A model generated the notes under the pieces. The model was not told the DNA's origin. It saw only the letters and a list, made by a program, of their open reading frames with translations, and did not search any database. A stretch of 41,263 nt of DNA, from contig JBHHUM010000014.1 of the NCBI GenBank assembly GCA_046861645.1, forward strand, positions 1-41,263, in the 5' to 3' direction. Source of the DNA: Fidelibacterota bacterium. GTDB taxonomy: Bacteria > Fidelibacterota > Marinisomatia > Marinisomatales > UBA2128. The translations under genes and the position numbers were made by a program. The first letter of the stretch is position 1. The number at the start of each line of letters is the position of its first letter. Positions 8,605-20,159 of this stretch are shown here, piece after piece.

Positions 8605-9523
8605 GTTGGCGGAGATAAAACTTATAGCCTATAGCAGTAGAAGCTACGAGTAAATAACGGACGAAAATATTACTTAAGGGAAAGGGAACTAACTTGAGTT
8701 TAAACTTAGCAATATAGATGTTGAAAGGATGCATCAGGATCATTCCCACGAACCGTTTCCAGGATAAGCGCCCGGGTACTATGAAATCAGCGCCTACAAA
8801 AGGAGCAAGCTCAGGAAACTTCTCAAGGATGACAGGTAAATTTTTCTCACCGAATTCATGGAAGTTTTTCATTGCTTCATTCAGGGTTTTAAGCTTGTGC
8901 ATTTTTACTTCAATTTCAGGGGCATGGAAGAGACCTTGCGGATAGTTTTCCCAAAGTCGATAGGCGTATTCAAGATCAATACCATAACCCGGTAGTTTTT
9001 CATTAAAGTATCCAGTCTTTATCACGGCTTCTTTTCTGATGGAAGTACAGGTCAGGATAAAATATTTGAAGGGTAGTGGTTTTTCCCTTGGGATAAGTTT
9101 TGCTCCTCGTTTTCCTTCAAAAAGGTAGCGATGGTACTTATCCCGCAGGTTTCTGGTGTTGGGACGAAGGTTGGACAGCACGCCTACTATTTGTTCATTC
9201 CTATAGTAGCGCACGTGTTTGGATACAAACGATGGAGATACCTCTATATCACAATCCATGAAAATAAGTAGCTCACCGGAAGCGGCTTTTATTCCCGAGT
9301 TTCGGGTTGTAGGTCGTCCCCGGTTTTTTTCATGTCTGATGATAAGACATTGCTTTTGCCATTTAGGGTTGTCCAGAAGCTGAGGTGTCGAATCTGTCGA
9401 GGCATCGTCTACTAGGATTATCTCTAATTGTTCTGCAGGGTAATCCTGTGATAAAAGGGGTGGTATGGTGATGGGCAGGATATCCGCCCCATTAAAGATG
9501 GACACGATAATTGAAACCTTCAT
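8597..9523 (-). CDS. Glycosyltransferase family 2
   Basis: VSIIVSIFNG, EIILVDDASTD, RNSGI, FMDCD (DxD). Confidence 0.92.
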   Translation of the reverse strand: MKVSIIVSIFNGADILPITIPPLLSQDYPAEQLEIILVDDASTDSTPQLLDNPKWQKQCLIIRHEKNRGRPTTRNSGIKAASGELLIFMDCDIEVSPSFVSKHVRYYRNEQIVGVLSNLRPNTRNLRDKYHRYLFEGKRGAKLIPREKPLPFKYFILTCTSIRKEAVIKTGYFNEKLPGYGIDLEYAYRLWENYPQGLFHAPEIEVKMHKLKTLNEAMKNFHEFGEKNLPVILEKFPELAPFVGADFIVPGRLSWKRFVGMILMHPFNIYIAKFKLKLVPFPLSNIFVRYLLVASTAIGYKFYLRQHG

Positions 9524-10581
9524 TATTCACCTATAAGAATACGGTTGAACCACTTGACGCTTTTTCCCCAAGTGAATTGTTGCACCGTTTTGTGACCAGC
9601 CACAGCTAATCTAATTCGTAATTCGTTATCGTTTAATAGTACCTGCACGGCTTTTACTAGAGCCTCAGTGTCGCCTATTGGCCGTAGGAGTCCTGTCTCA
9701 CCGTCGGTGATAAACTCCTGAACACCCTTATTATCAGCGGCCACCACAGCACAGCCACAGGCCATTGCTTCCATAGGTGGCATCCCCCAACCTTCCTGAT
9801 GACTGGTGTGGAGAAAGATAGCCGTGCTATTGTAAATGTCCTTCAGTTGGGTGATATCGGGACGGATACGCAGTTCCACCCATTCCGGTAATGAAGCTCG
9901 GGGTTTACGTGACGCAAATACTATCGCTTCCAGTTGAGGATGTGTTTCCTTTACCCTTTCTAATACTTCAATACCTTCATTGCCACCTTTGATTGGCAGG
10001 CGGTGAAACAGCATAGTTATCCTCTTAGGTCGAGAACTGATCGGCCTCTCCAGGGGGAATTCTTCAGGATCTAGTGCGATAGGAACAGGACCGTATGCCT
10101 TTTCGTCCATTTCCTCAGCAGTCTTCAACAACCATTGGGCAATTACAATTTTTTTTAACGGTAACTTCCAGGTACTACGAATGAGTTCAGCATTCCCCAG
10201 ATAGGTCTCTAGATTTTGGATATAGTAGAATTTCTCACCCTTTTCTGGTGGCATGTCAGCGACCCAGAAAGCGGTTTGCCAGGCGGTAGCGATGAGAACA
10301 TCTCCGTCAGGAATAAACTTGGGATCAGGTGCAGGAATAATGAGTTGTTTCACACCTTCAGGAGCTTGATAATATGGTTTATCCTCTACTCCGTGCCACT
10401 TATCCCGGAGGTGAATGGCTCCCGCCTTCAGGAGATTGCGCAGGTGGTAACCCTCGCTTTTAGGAGAGATAATAGCCATTTCGTGCCCCAGCTTCTGCAG
10501 TTCACCAGCGTAACGGTAAATAATTTTTACTCCGCCCACTGGAATTTTAATAAGGCCGGGGAGGAGGAAGCTTATTTTCAT
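9523..10581 (-). CDS. Glycosyltransferase family 4 (GT-B), WsaF-like N-terminus
   Basis: GGVKIIYRYA, ATAWQTA, EGWGMPPMEAMACG (Ex7E). Confidence 0.92.
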   Translation of the reverse strand: MKISFLLPGLIKIPVGGVKIIYRYAGELQKLGHEMAIISPKSEGYHLRNLLKAGAIHLRDKWHGVEDKPYYQAPEGVKQLIIPAPDPKFIPDGDVLIATAWQTAFWVADMPPEKGEKFYYIQNLETYLGNAELIRSTWKLPLKKIVIAQWLLKTAEEMDEKAYGPVPIALDPEEFPLERPISSRPKRITMLFHRLPIKGGNEGIEVLERVKETHPQLEAIVFASRKPRASLPEWVELRIRPDITQLKDIYNSTAIFLHTSHQEGWGMPPMEAMACGCAVVAADNKGVQEFITDGETGLLRPIGDTEALVKAVQVLLNDNELRIRLAVAGHKTVQQFTWGKSVKWFNRILIGE

Positions 10582-10586
10582 CGGGG

Positions 10587-11627
10587 TTATAACTGTTGGA
10601 GAATTCTGGTGTAGGCTTCCTTCATTTTTCTCGCAGAGTGCTCCCAGAGGAAGTTAGTCATGATATGCTGGCTGAGAGTGTTATCCTTTGATTTCTCCAA
10701 TGCTGTGTTAAGACCAGCGGTAATTGCTTTTTTCGAGTAGGGATCGACATAAGTGACAAAGTCATCAAAGTAATCCTTTGTTCCGCCGTGAGGGGTGATG
10801 ACAATCTTGGCGCCAGCCAGAGCGGCTTCCATGGCGGCGATACCCGGTGTTTCAAACTTTGAGGGTAAGGCGAACACATCGCAAGCGGCGTAAGCTGACA
10901 TCAGGGTAGGATCGTCATGATCGAGGCCTTCAATAATGGTGATATTTGGATTTTTCTTTGCTTCAGCAAGACACTTCTTAGCCTCAGGGGTGGGGTGAAC
11001 GCGACCTATAATAACCGCTGGCCGGTTAATTTCTTTTAGCGCTTGGATGAGAGTTAGAATATTTTTTCGGTCAGGACCGACATGTCCCACATTCAGAACA
11101 AAATCTCTAAGGTCGTACTTTTCTTCGAAAAGATGGGGGGTTGCCTCAGAAAAACGAGGTTCTACACCATTAGGGATTACTGTAATTCGATCCTCAGAGA
11201 TGTCAAAGCTGTCCCGGATAAGTGCGGCTTCTGCCGAAGTGTTAGGCAGGATATGTGTGGCCCATCGGCAAATGTCATTCATAATACTGGAAACCGATAG
11301 GAAACCACGCACTGCTTTACCCGCAGCCCTGGTTAAAGTAACAGCTTTGCGAACTGCTCCTGCAGATTTACGAGTAAAGTATATGGGAGTGACCACATAC
11401 GGGATGTTGTGGTCGTTAAGATAACCAGCAAGGTCGTACATACCGTGATTAGCTCCAAAGAGATGAAAGAGATCCGTGCTTAGGATTTCATTGCGAGAAT
11501 CCCAGATGTTTAGCAGCTTAACCTGAAGACCCATCTCTTCCAAATGTTTCTTAGACTGCAGGATTTGTGTTTGGGGACCACCATGTCGCAGCATGATAGT
11601 GTGATAGGAGGCAAGTGTAATTTTCAT
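10587..11627 (-). CDS. Glycosyltransferase family 4 (GT-B)
   Basis: HGGPQTQ, VIPNGV, RKN, FALPSKFETPGIAAMEA (Ex7E). Confidence 0.92.
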   Translation of the reverse strand: MKITLASYHTIMLRHGGPQTQILQSKKHLEEMGLQVKLLNIWDSRNEILSTDLFHLFGANHGMYDLAGYLNDHNIPYVVTPIYFTRKSAGAVRKAVTLTRAAGKAVRGFLSVSSIMNDICRWATHILPNTSAEAALIRDSFDISEDRITVIPNGVEPRFSEATPHLFEEKYDLRDFVLNVGHVGPDRKNILTLIQALKEINRPAVIIGRVHPTPEAKKCLAEAKKNPNITIIEGLDHDDPTLMSAYAACDVFALPSKFETPGIAAMEAALAGAKIVITPHGGTKDYFDDFVTYVDPYSKKAITAGLNTALEKSKDNTLSQHIMTNFLWEHSARKMKEAYTRILQQL

Positions 11628-13174
11628 AGTTTGATTTTAGCTAGAATGTGGTCCAGGCTATTGGTGATCATTTTGCGACTTATCGTGTTTCGAACTGCCA
11701 TGGGGACGGAAGCAGGAGGTTGGATAGGTTCCTGCCAGGTGAGTTTATTCAATGGAACTTCAGGGGACAAGGGAGTAGCAGCTATTCTTCCATGAGGTTC
11801 AACTACCGATAGCCATACATTTCTTTTACCTCTTTTGCTATTTATTAGAAGCTCTCCATTAAAGTATTCAGCCTGCCATCGGCACTGAGCACGCTGGTGC
11901 CACCAATCAGCATAAGTACCCAATGTCACTATGATGATTTGTTGCTCCTTTATCCATTGGATAACCCAATTTAGCACATGTAAGTTGACGGAGGAAGGAT
12001 GATCGTAGATGAAAAGGGGGAGGTGGTGTGTTAGATTAGTTTCTATAACTAACCTGTAATACTTCTTCATTTCTTCAGTATTGTGCCAGGCATTAGTTAG
12101 ACGTGCAGTACTGAGTGGATGTACTGGTAGTTGGAGTACTGAGCTGAAGCGATTGCCGAGCCAGGGGAAAAAAGGGTGATCGTCGTAATCAAGTCCAAAT
12201 TCCGAGGAATATTGAAAACCGATGTTTTCTACTGCTCTGGCTGCTTGAGGATTCCATGCTCCGAAGGGAGCCGCATAACCTGAAGCGGCGATTTTCTCCT
12301 GGGTAAGAAGTAATTTACCCTTCTTAGTATCAATCTCGCTTTCACGGTACTTTTTGAAAACTTTATGTTTATAACAATGCAGTCCTATTTCCTGATTTTT
12401 CATGGCTGCATACGGGGAAAGTTGACTGTTATTACTTCCGGTTTCCACGAACCAAGTTGCAGGGATATTGTGCTCTCGGCATAGATCGTAAACAGATGAT
12501 ACCTGGGCCCGATCAGCAAAATCAGTATCAATACGTAAATTGAATAGTGCAGGTTTACCATTTGGAAAGGGATGTAACGAAGCGAAGGGAAGATCTCGCT
12601 GAGAAAAGAGATAAATTAGGCTCTGCTGAATGATTTCTCTAATAGTGTGTTTGGTGCATCGTGCCACTCTTTCTGTCGGGAGGAATCGGGAAACCGAGGG
12701 AAACTGTCGTCGGCGTATCTGATAGCTCAATACTGTAGAAGCCAAGCCTCCAGGTAGAATGATTGCTGAGCCCTTTCCTTCATGTATGATCTGTACGAGA
12801 TTAAAGTGATCATTAGCCAAGAGTTCATTAGCTTCTTCAGGGACTAATAGGGAAGTGTCTACAAAACCCGGCAAAACATTACGATAGAGGGAATTATTAG
12901 CGGGTTGAATGTAGTCGATATAACGTCGTTTGGAGGGAATGTCTAACAGCCATTCTGCCCCAGCAGTTTCCATCAATAGAGAGCCTCCTGAGTGCAGGTA
13001 GCTCAAAAGCGGTTTACGCATTTTAGCATTTCCCCTGGCAGTCACAATAATGGCACCGAAGTTGTCAGGAGAAATTTCTTCACTATTTCCCAAGGGCGAA
13101 TGTGAAACACCGATCTGGTTCAGGAGGAGTTGCCACTGGGGTTGGAGTGCGGTTATACCTATGGTAAGTTTCAT
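11624..13174 (-). CDS. Polysaccharide deacetylase (CE4/NodB-like) domain protein
   Basis: LRIDTD, ATWFV, EIGLHCYKH, AAPFG metal-binding pattern; start moved to ATG 13174, which forms an ATGA overlap with the upstream flippase stop. Confidence 0.78.
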   Translation of the reverse strand: MKLTIGITALQPQWQLLLNQIGVSHSPLGNSEEISPDNFGAIIVTARGNAKMRKPLLSYLHSGGSLLMETAGAEWLLDIPSKRRYIDYIQPANNSLYRNVLPGFVDTSLLVPEEANELLANDHFNLVQIIHEGKGSAIILPGGLASTVLSYQIRRRQFPSVSRFLPTERVARCTKHTIREIIQQSLIYLFSQRDLPFASLHPFPNGKPALFNLRIDTDFADRAQVSSVYDLCREHNIPATWFVETGSNNSQLSPYAAMKNQEIGLHCYKHKVFKKYRESEIDTKKGKLLLTQEKIAASGYAAPFGAWNPQAARAVENIGFQYSSEFGLDYDDHPFFPWLGNRFSSVLQLPVHPLSTARLTNAWHNTEEMKKYYRLVIETNLTHHLPLFIYDHPSSVNLHVLNWVIQWIKEQQIIIVTLGTYADWWHQRAQCRWQAEYFNGELLINSKRGKRNVWLSVVEPHGRIAATPLSPEVPLNKLTWQEPIQPPASVPMAVRNTISRKMITNSLDHILAKIKL

Positions 13175-14577
13175 AAGATTGACTTCCGGATAAATATCCA
13201 ATCATCTCGACTGAATCCTATGGCCAATACTAGTGCAGGTAGGGATAGTACAATAACAACAATAGAAACGATTAGCGGGTTTAGATGTCTAATCATTGCA
13301 CCAATGGTAATAAGTAGCATAGTTACCAGCATGGGCGATAAAACAATTCTGGCGATGCTTAAGGGAATTGTATCCTGAAGATGACGTATCATAACCAGAA
13401 AGGTAATTAGTTGAAATACAACTAATGCCAGAGGAGCTGCTAACTGAGCCCCGCCGGGAAGAGGTAGGAGCAATATTCCGGTGAAACCAACCGCACCGGT
13501 GATGAGAGATTGTGTATAGAGTTTCTCCTTTTTTAGAGCGATAAGGGTGAAAGAAAGAGTACTGCTGAGCAACGTCATGATAAAGTAGATCACTAAAATG
13601 TTAAAGATTGGCACGGAGGCACGGAATGCTTTCCCAAAGAGAAGTGGAAAGAGTGTGTCACCAGTGATTACAAACAGAGTACCAAGGAAGAAACCACTAA
13701 GGGCAATGAATTTGATGGCTCTCTGAAAGCGTCGGTTGAGAGCATCTCGTCCCTCTTCAACACTGCCACTGATGATAGGGAAGAAGAGGGTATAATAGAC
13801 CCGGTCTAACATGAGGAATACCATAATGACTCGAAAAGCTACGCTGAAAAGACCAGCATCGGCAGCAGATTCAAATATTGTCAGGTAGATAATTGGGAAT
13901 TGTAGCACTACCTGGGCTATCAGGTTGGCTAATCCGAGAGGAATTGCTCCTCTAATCATTTGTGTCAGGCTGGGCTGAAAGGGTTTCAAACGGGTGTTAA
14001 GGATGTCGTTACTCTTGGAATGAAACCATAGATATAGTACCTGCACTATTACTCCCAGTCCCCAGGCAACAGGTACGAAAATCATATCGGAACTGGTATC
14101 AACGAGGACTATTACCACCAGCAGGTAGGCAGTCATTCCTAAAATTCTACCTGTGGCCAAGGTGGCGATCCAGCGGATGCCCTGGAACAGCCAATCCAGT
14201 GTCAATGAGGCGGGAATAAGACCGAGTAGATAGAATAAGGTCACTTGACGAGTGACAGGTTCTTCAATAACAGCCCAAATCAGTAGACCGCCCAGCAAGA
14301 CTACCATAATAGAAAGGTATAATCTGGCTAAACTAATCTTGTTCTTCAATGATACCAAACTGACATTGCCCTCGGCAGCAAAACGAGTTCCGAGGATCGG
14401 GAGTCCCCAATCAGAACAGATGCTGCCATACATCAAGATAGCAGTTCCCAGAGCGATGATACCCATTCCATCAGGACCCAGTATTCTGGCCAGATAGGTG
14501 ATGGCAATGAGTCCCAGTAATTTGCTGCCAACTTCGGAGAATGATAATGCTGCTAATTCAGAGGAGAGACGTTTCAC
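13171..14577 (-). CDS. Wzx-type oligosaccharide flippase (MOP superfamily)
   Basis: YLARILGPDGMG, DWGL, DWLFQG, AGLFSVAFR; 12-14 hydrophobic segments; GTG start overlapping the upstream stop. Confidence 0.88.
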   Translation of the reverse strand: MKRLSSELAALSFSEVGSKLLGLIAITYLARILGPDGMGIIALGTAILMYGSICSDWGLPILGTRFAAEGNVSLVSLKNKISLARLYLSIMVVLLGGLLIWAVIEEPVTRQVTLFYLLGLIPASLTLDWLFQGIRWIATLATGRILGMTAYLLVVIVLVDTSSDMIFVPVAWGLGVIVQVLYLWFHSKSNDILNTRLKPFQPSLTQMIRGAIPLGLANLIAQVVLQFPIIYLTIFESAADAGLFSVAFRVIMVFLMLDRVYYTLFFPIISGSVEEGRDALNRRFQRAIKFIALSGFFLGTLFVITGDTLFPLLFGKAFRASVPIFNILVIYFIMTLLSSTLSFTLIALKKEKLYTQSLITGAVGFTGILLLPLPGGAQLAAPLALVVFQLITFLVMIRHLQDTIPLSIARIVLSPMLVTMLLITIGAMIRHLNPLIVSIVVIVLSLPALVLAIGFSRDDWIFIRKSIL

Positions 14578-16988
14578 GAAGTAGTGTCTCCTTCAATCGC
14601 CTCACGTAAACCGGCAATTCTCCTTTCTACAGGGAATTCTTGAATAATCCTCTGCCGGGCTGCCTCGCCAGTGCTTTTATCTTGCTGGAGTGCTTCTTGG
14701 AGGGCATTTACCAGAGCATCTATGTCGCCCTGTGGGACGATAAAGCCAGTGTAATCGATAAGAGTAGGAATACCTCCCACATTTGTCCCCACCGGGATAC
14801 ATCCGCAGGACATGGCTTCCATAAGTGTGTTAGGCATTCCTTCCGTCCGGCTTGGTTGACAATATACTTTGGCACTCTGGTAGTAAGAGAAAAGTTCCGT
14901 CTCGGAAACGTAGGAAACAATCTGCAAATTGTCCGGAACGGTGAATCCTGATTTTTCCAGTAGAGATGCTTCAGTTCCTACTAGAGTAAAGGTTGTATCA
15001 GGTATTTTGGCTGCTGCCTTCAGAAGAATATCAATTCCTTTTACTTCCAAGCGAGCTGTGCTATTACAAGCGGCTACAGTGAGTATTCCGTATCCCTCGT
15101 TTGTAGGTGTTGTCCAGAATTTCGTGTCTACTGCCGTCGGTAGATAGTGTAAATTATCACCTCCGTACTTTGCCATTTCCTTAGCTTGCTCAATGATGGA
15201 TGGCGCTACAGCTAGAGCGACGTCAGCTTTACGGAGTGCATAACGGAGGAGAGGTCTCCGCCAGAGGCTTAACCAGATCCCGTAGTTCAATTCTTCGTCA
15301 GCGGCGACATCAGCACCACCAAGGATCAACACAGTACGCTTTCCCAGTACTCGGCTAAGAAATATCAACCAGGAGCTGTAAGTCGATGCAAACCAGGAGA
15401 TAGCTACGTTTGCGGACATGACTCCAGATATAATCTTGAGTATAGCTCGTAGTCCCGATGCAGACGTAAAATGAACATCAGCAAACGACGAGATGGCCTC
15501 AGTATCGCGCCTGATGAATGGCAGATTCAGGGATGAAAAAAGGAAAACCCGATTGTTTCCTGAAGAGATAACGTGCCTATCTGGTAGAGTGACTTTTATC
15601 CCAATTACCAGCGGGATAAACAGAAGTAGTGCCACCAGACGAGCCAAAATGGTACCCCCAAGTAGTTGAGCGACAAACACAGAAAAACCGGCAGAAATAA
15701 TGATGCCTATGACTCGTTTCCAATGATAAGGGACAGTAAACAGCCTGTTCGATATCAAAAAAGTTAAAACTGCCATAGTACCATGTCCGGCGATAGTAGC
15801 TAAAGCCGCACCAGTGATTCCGTAGGGTGGTATCAGAACGAAATTGAGGATAATATTAACAACTGCTCCTGCTGCTGTGACCAGAGCGATATAACCTGTC
15901 TTCCTGGCAAAGTAGATGCCGGGTAGAAAGTTGAAGTAGGCTCCCTGCAGGACATAAGCAATCAGAATAAAAGGAACAATAGTTTCAGCCCTGTAATAGT
16001 CTGAACCAATTAGCGAGTAGCCCGAAATGTTGATACGGATAATCTCCGGGATGAACAGTGTAATCGCCAGCCAGACAAAGAGGGACAGTGTAACATACAG
16101 AGTAAATATTCTAGAGAAGAGAGGTTTCGATTCAGGTTTGTCACCTTGTTTGAGAAAAAAGGGTTGCCAGGCATAGTTGAATGCTGTCGTAATGAGCAGC
16201 ATGAAAATACCCAGTTTATAACCGGCGCTGTAGATACCCACGGTAGCCATATCCTTGAGGTGCTGAAGAATGATGCGGTCAATCATCTCCATGGCGATGC
16301 TGGCCAGACCGGCTGGGATGAAGGGGAGCCCGAACTTCACGAGATTCTTCGCATCAATTGTTGAGAAACTGAGTCGAATCTCAGGAAGTGCAGTTAGGAA
16401 TGAGCCGACGGCAGTGACCATTGATGCCGCGAGCACGCTTAGGAACACGCCGTTGATGCCCATCTTCATAACAGCTACAAGATAGATGGATAATCCCAGA
16501 GTGGTCAGGACATTCAACATCCGGATGGTTGTGAATTGTACAGCCCGGTTGCTGAGGCGCAGGAATGCCAGTGGAACAATAGCTATGGTGTCCAGGAAGA
16601 GAATCCCAGCGCAGTAAACAAACAATTTCTCGCTTTCTAAGGAGCCAGTAATAAGTTGCGCCAGTGGGCGGGAGAGAGAAGCAATTAACAATGAGAGGAC
16701 AGCGCTGGTTACTATGGAGAGCCAGAAAGCTGTCGAAAAACGTTTCCGTAGTTCAATTGGGTCATCGGTCTCTCCGGCGAATCTAAGAAACGCCGAATCG
16801 AGTCCGTAATGATAGACTATGTTCATAAACCCGAGGAAAACATATATGAGGGCGACTATCCCGTACTCTTCAACTGAAAGAATATTGGTCAGCAAAGGGA
16901 GTAGGAGAAATGTCACCAGGCGGGCCAACACGTTGCCGGAACCGTAGATTATCGCCTGCCGTCCAAAAGATTTAAGGGAAGAAGTCAT
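14574..16988 (-). CDS. Fusion protein: N-terminal Wzx-type flippase plus C-terminal GT4 glycosyltransferase
   Basis: First ~470 aa FLLLPLLTNILSVEEYG...IDRIIL...VGIYSAGYKLG (flippase); last ~330 aa KGID...PSRTEGMPNTLMEAMSCG (GT4); one uninterrupted 804-aa ORF. Confidence 0.88.
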   Translation of the reverse strand: MTSSLKSFGRQAIIYGSGNVLARLVTFLLLPLLTNILSVEEYGIVALIYVFLGFMNIVYHYGLDSAFLRFAGETDDPIELRKRFSTAFWLSIVTSAVLSLLIASLSRPLAQLITGSLESEKLFVYCAGILFLDTIAIVPLAFLRLSNRAVQFTTIRMLNVLTTLGLSIYLVAVMKMGINGVFLSVLAASMVTAVGSFLTALPEIRLSFSTIDAKNLVKFGLPFIPAGLASIAMEMIDRIILQHLKDMATVGIYSAGYKLGIFMLLITTAFNYAWQPFFLKQGDKPESKPLFSRIFTLYVTLSLFVWLAITLFIPEIIRINISGYSLIGSDYYRAETIVPFILIAYVLQGAYFNFLPGIYFARKTGYIALVTAAGAVVNIILNFVLIPPYGITGAALATIAGHGTMAVLTFLISNRLFTVPYHWKRVIGIIISAGFSVFVAQLLGGTILARLVALLLFIPLVIGIKVTLPDRHVISSGNNRVFLFSSLNLPFIRRDTEAISSFADVHFTSASGLRAILKIISGVMSANVAISWFASTYSSWLIFLSRVLGKRTVLILGGADVAADEELNYGIWLSLWRRPLLRYALRKADVALAVAPSIIEQAKEMAKYGGDNLHYLPTAVDTKFWTTPTNEGYGILTVAACNSTARLEVKGIDILLKAAAKIPDTTFTLVGTEASLLEKSGFTVPDNLQIVSYVSETELFSYYQSAKVYCQPSRTEGMPNTLMEAMSCGCIPVGTNVGGIPTLIDYTGFIVPQGDIDALVNALQEALQQDKSTGEAARQRIIQEFPVERRIAGLREAIEGDTTS

Positions 16989-17088
16989 ATTTGATGCCCA
17001 ACACTAAGTCGGTAATTATCTTGATATGTCACGATATGGTAGTTTGTAGCTGTTACGTCAGTCTCCGCCAGGAAGTTTCCGTCCGGAG

Positions 17089-17117
17089 AATTTAACGGGG
17101 TGGAAAGAGGGATACAA
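17089..17117 (-). promoter_or_regulatory. Putative promoter of the glycan operon (TTGTAT-N17-TAAATT)
   Basis: TTGTAT (17117-17112), 17-nt spacer, TAAATT (17094-17089), 100 nt upstream of the ATG at 16988. Confidence 0.5.
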
Positions 17118-17234
17118 ACATTGAGCATGATTTAAGTTGATAAAATGGAAATAGGTTTTTCGGTGCGATGGAACGGTAAAAATCATTAATTTGGAAGTAC
17201 CGTGAATAAAATATTATATCAGTTTAAAGGATGA

Positions 17235-18853
<1,619 letters not shown>

Positions 18854-18865
18854 CAGAAGCGTAAA

Positions 18866-19453
18866 CTAAAAACCTAGCATAAAATAAACCTGTTCACTAC
18901 CTAGCTTAGATTGAAAAGCTAGCTCAACATCTTTTGGATCACGGGGGAAGGTGTAGATTAGTTCAGAAACTAATGTAGCTCCTGGTTTGATGATACCGAC
19001 ACTATTTTTACTGCGCATGATTTCCAGGTTTCCAGGGTTTCCGTCACGATCCATCAGAGTGAGGAGCATTAAGGCACTCATATCTAAGTTTGACTTACCA
19101 CGGTTTTCAATCTCTACAGAGATAGTAATCGTTTTAGCATTTTTTTCAGCCCTCAACAGACGGATAGCAGCCTGACCGGTAGTTTGGGTCTCTCCCACAC
19201 CTCGGGCAATACGACTTTCCCTGAGAGCTTCAACAGGAATATAGAACTCAGTAGTAGCCTTGATGAACCGGCCCGTTTTATCTTTGGAAAGTTTTGTTAT
19301 ACTGGCTCCAGGAACCAGATCGCCAATGGTTTTGCCATCAGGTTTTTCAAAGATTTCTGTATTTTTAGCTACTTCCGTTACTTGTGAAATTACTGGCTGA
19401 AAAAGAGCTGACAATATCAAGGGGAGAAGCAGCTTAAATTGTTGCATTGCCAT
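18866..19453 (-). CDS. Exported protein with an SH3b-like N-terminal module and an Ig-like (DUF4352-like) C-terminal module
   Basis: Signal peptide (PVIS|Q); TEIFEKPDGKTIGDLVPG...FYIP resembles SH3b; ITISVEIENRG...IKPGAT...LIYTFP resembles an Ig-like fold; overlaps the motB end. Confidence 0.65.
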   Translation of the reverse strand: MAMQQFKLLLPLILSALFQPVISQVTEVAKNTEIFEKPDGKTIGDLVPGASITKLSKDKTGRFIKATTEFYIPVEALRESRIARGVGETQTTGQAAIRLLRAEKNAKTITISVEIENRGKSNLDMSALMLLTLMDRDGNPGNLEIMRSKNSVGIIKPGATLVSELIYTFPRDPKDVELAFQSKLGSEQVYFMLGF

Positions 19454-20156
19454 TGATGTTTACCAGGTATGCATCGAGATATATATCCACACGCCGGTTG
19501 TTTGCTCTGCCTTCAGCTGTGTCATTTGTGTCAACCGGCCGGAATTCCCCATAGCCTAAGGCAGAAAACTTATCCTCTGTTATTCCTGCAAAACGGCTTA
19601 AAAGCTTTACGATATTCAATGCCCGAGCACTCGAGAGTTCCCAGTTATCCTTGTATTTCGTTTGCAGTTGTTCGGGAAGGGGAATATTATCCGTATGTCC
19701 TTCACAACGAATCTCGACCCCCAGCGCTTGGTTGCGGCGGTGTAGTGCCCAGAGAAAGTTCTGGTAGGTTGTATCTTTATGGACATTGACAATAGGGGAC
19801 ATTTTGACAATAAATCCTATTTGTGCCACGAGAGCGTGGAAGTCAGTTTTTAGCTCTTCACTGCCCGACTTGAACAATTCACCGCCAATACTGGCCATGG
19901 TGATTTTCACTCCTTTAGTAACTCTTTGGACGGAAACATACGAACTCCCCTGCAGTTGATCATTGAGTTCCTTATAGGTTTGGTCTAAGAGTAAATTGAT
20001 GATACGGTCAATATGTTTCTCGGCATCATTCATAATTACCAACAGCATGATAAAGAATGTCAGCAGAAGAGTAACCATATCTCCATAAGTGACAGCCCAG
20101 GCCGTACTTTTTGCTTTGGCTTCAGTAAATGATATTTTTTCGACCGCGCGGGCCAT
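19434..20156 (-). CDS. motB: MotB/PomB-like stator subunit with an OmpA-like peptidoglycan-binding domain
   Basis: WAVTYGDMVTLLLTFF TM with conserved Asp26; EGHTDN, NWELSSARA, GYGEFRP, NRRVDI. Confidence 0.9.
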   Translation of the reverse strand: MARAVEKISFTEAKAKSTAWAVTYGDMVTLLLTFFIMLLVIMNDAEKHIDRIINLLLDQTYKELNDQLQGSSYVSVQRVTKGVKITMASIGGELFKSGSEELKTDFHALVAQIGFIVKMSPIVNVHKDTTYQNFLWALHRRNQALGVEIRCEGHTDNIPLPEQLQTKYKDNWELSSARALNIVKLLSRFAGITEDKFSALGYGEFRPVDTNDTAEGRANNRRVDIYLDAYLVNINGNATI

Positions 20157-20159
20157 GGA

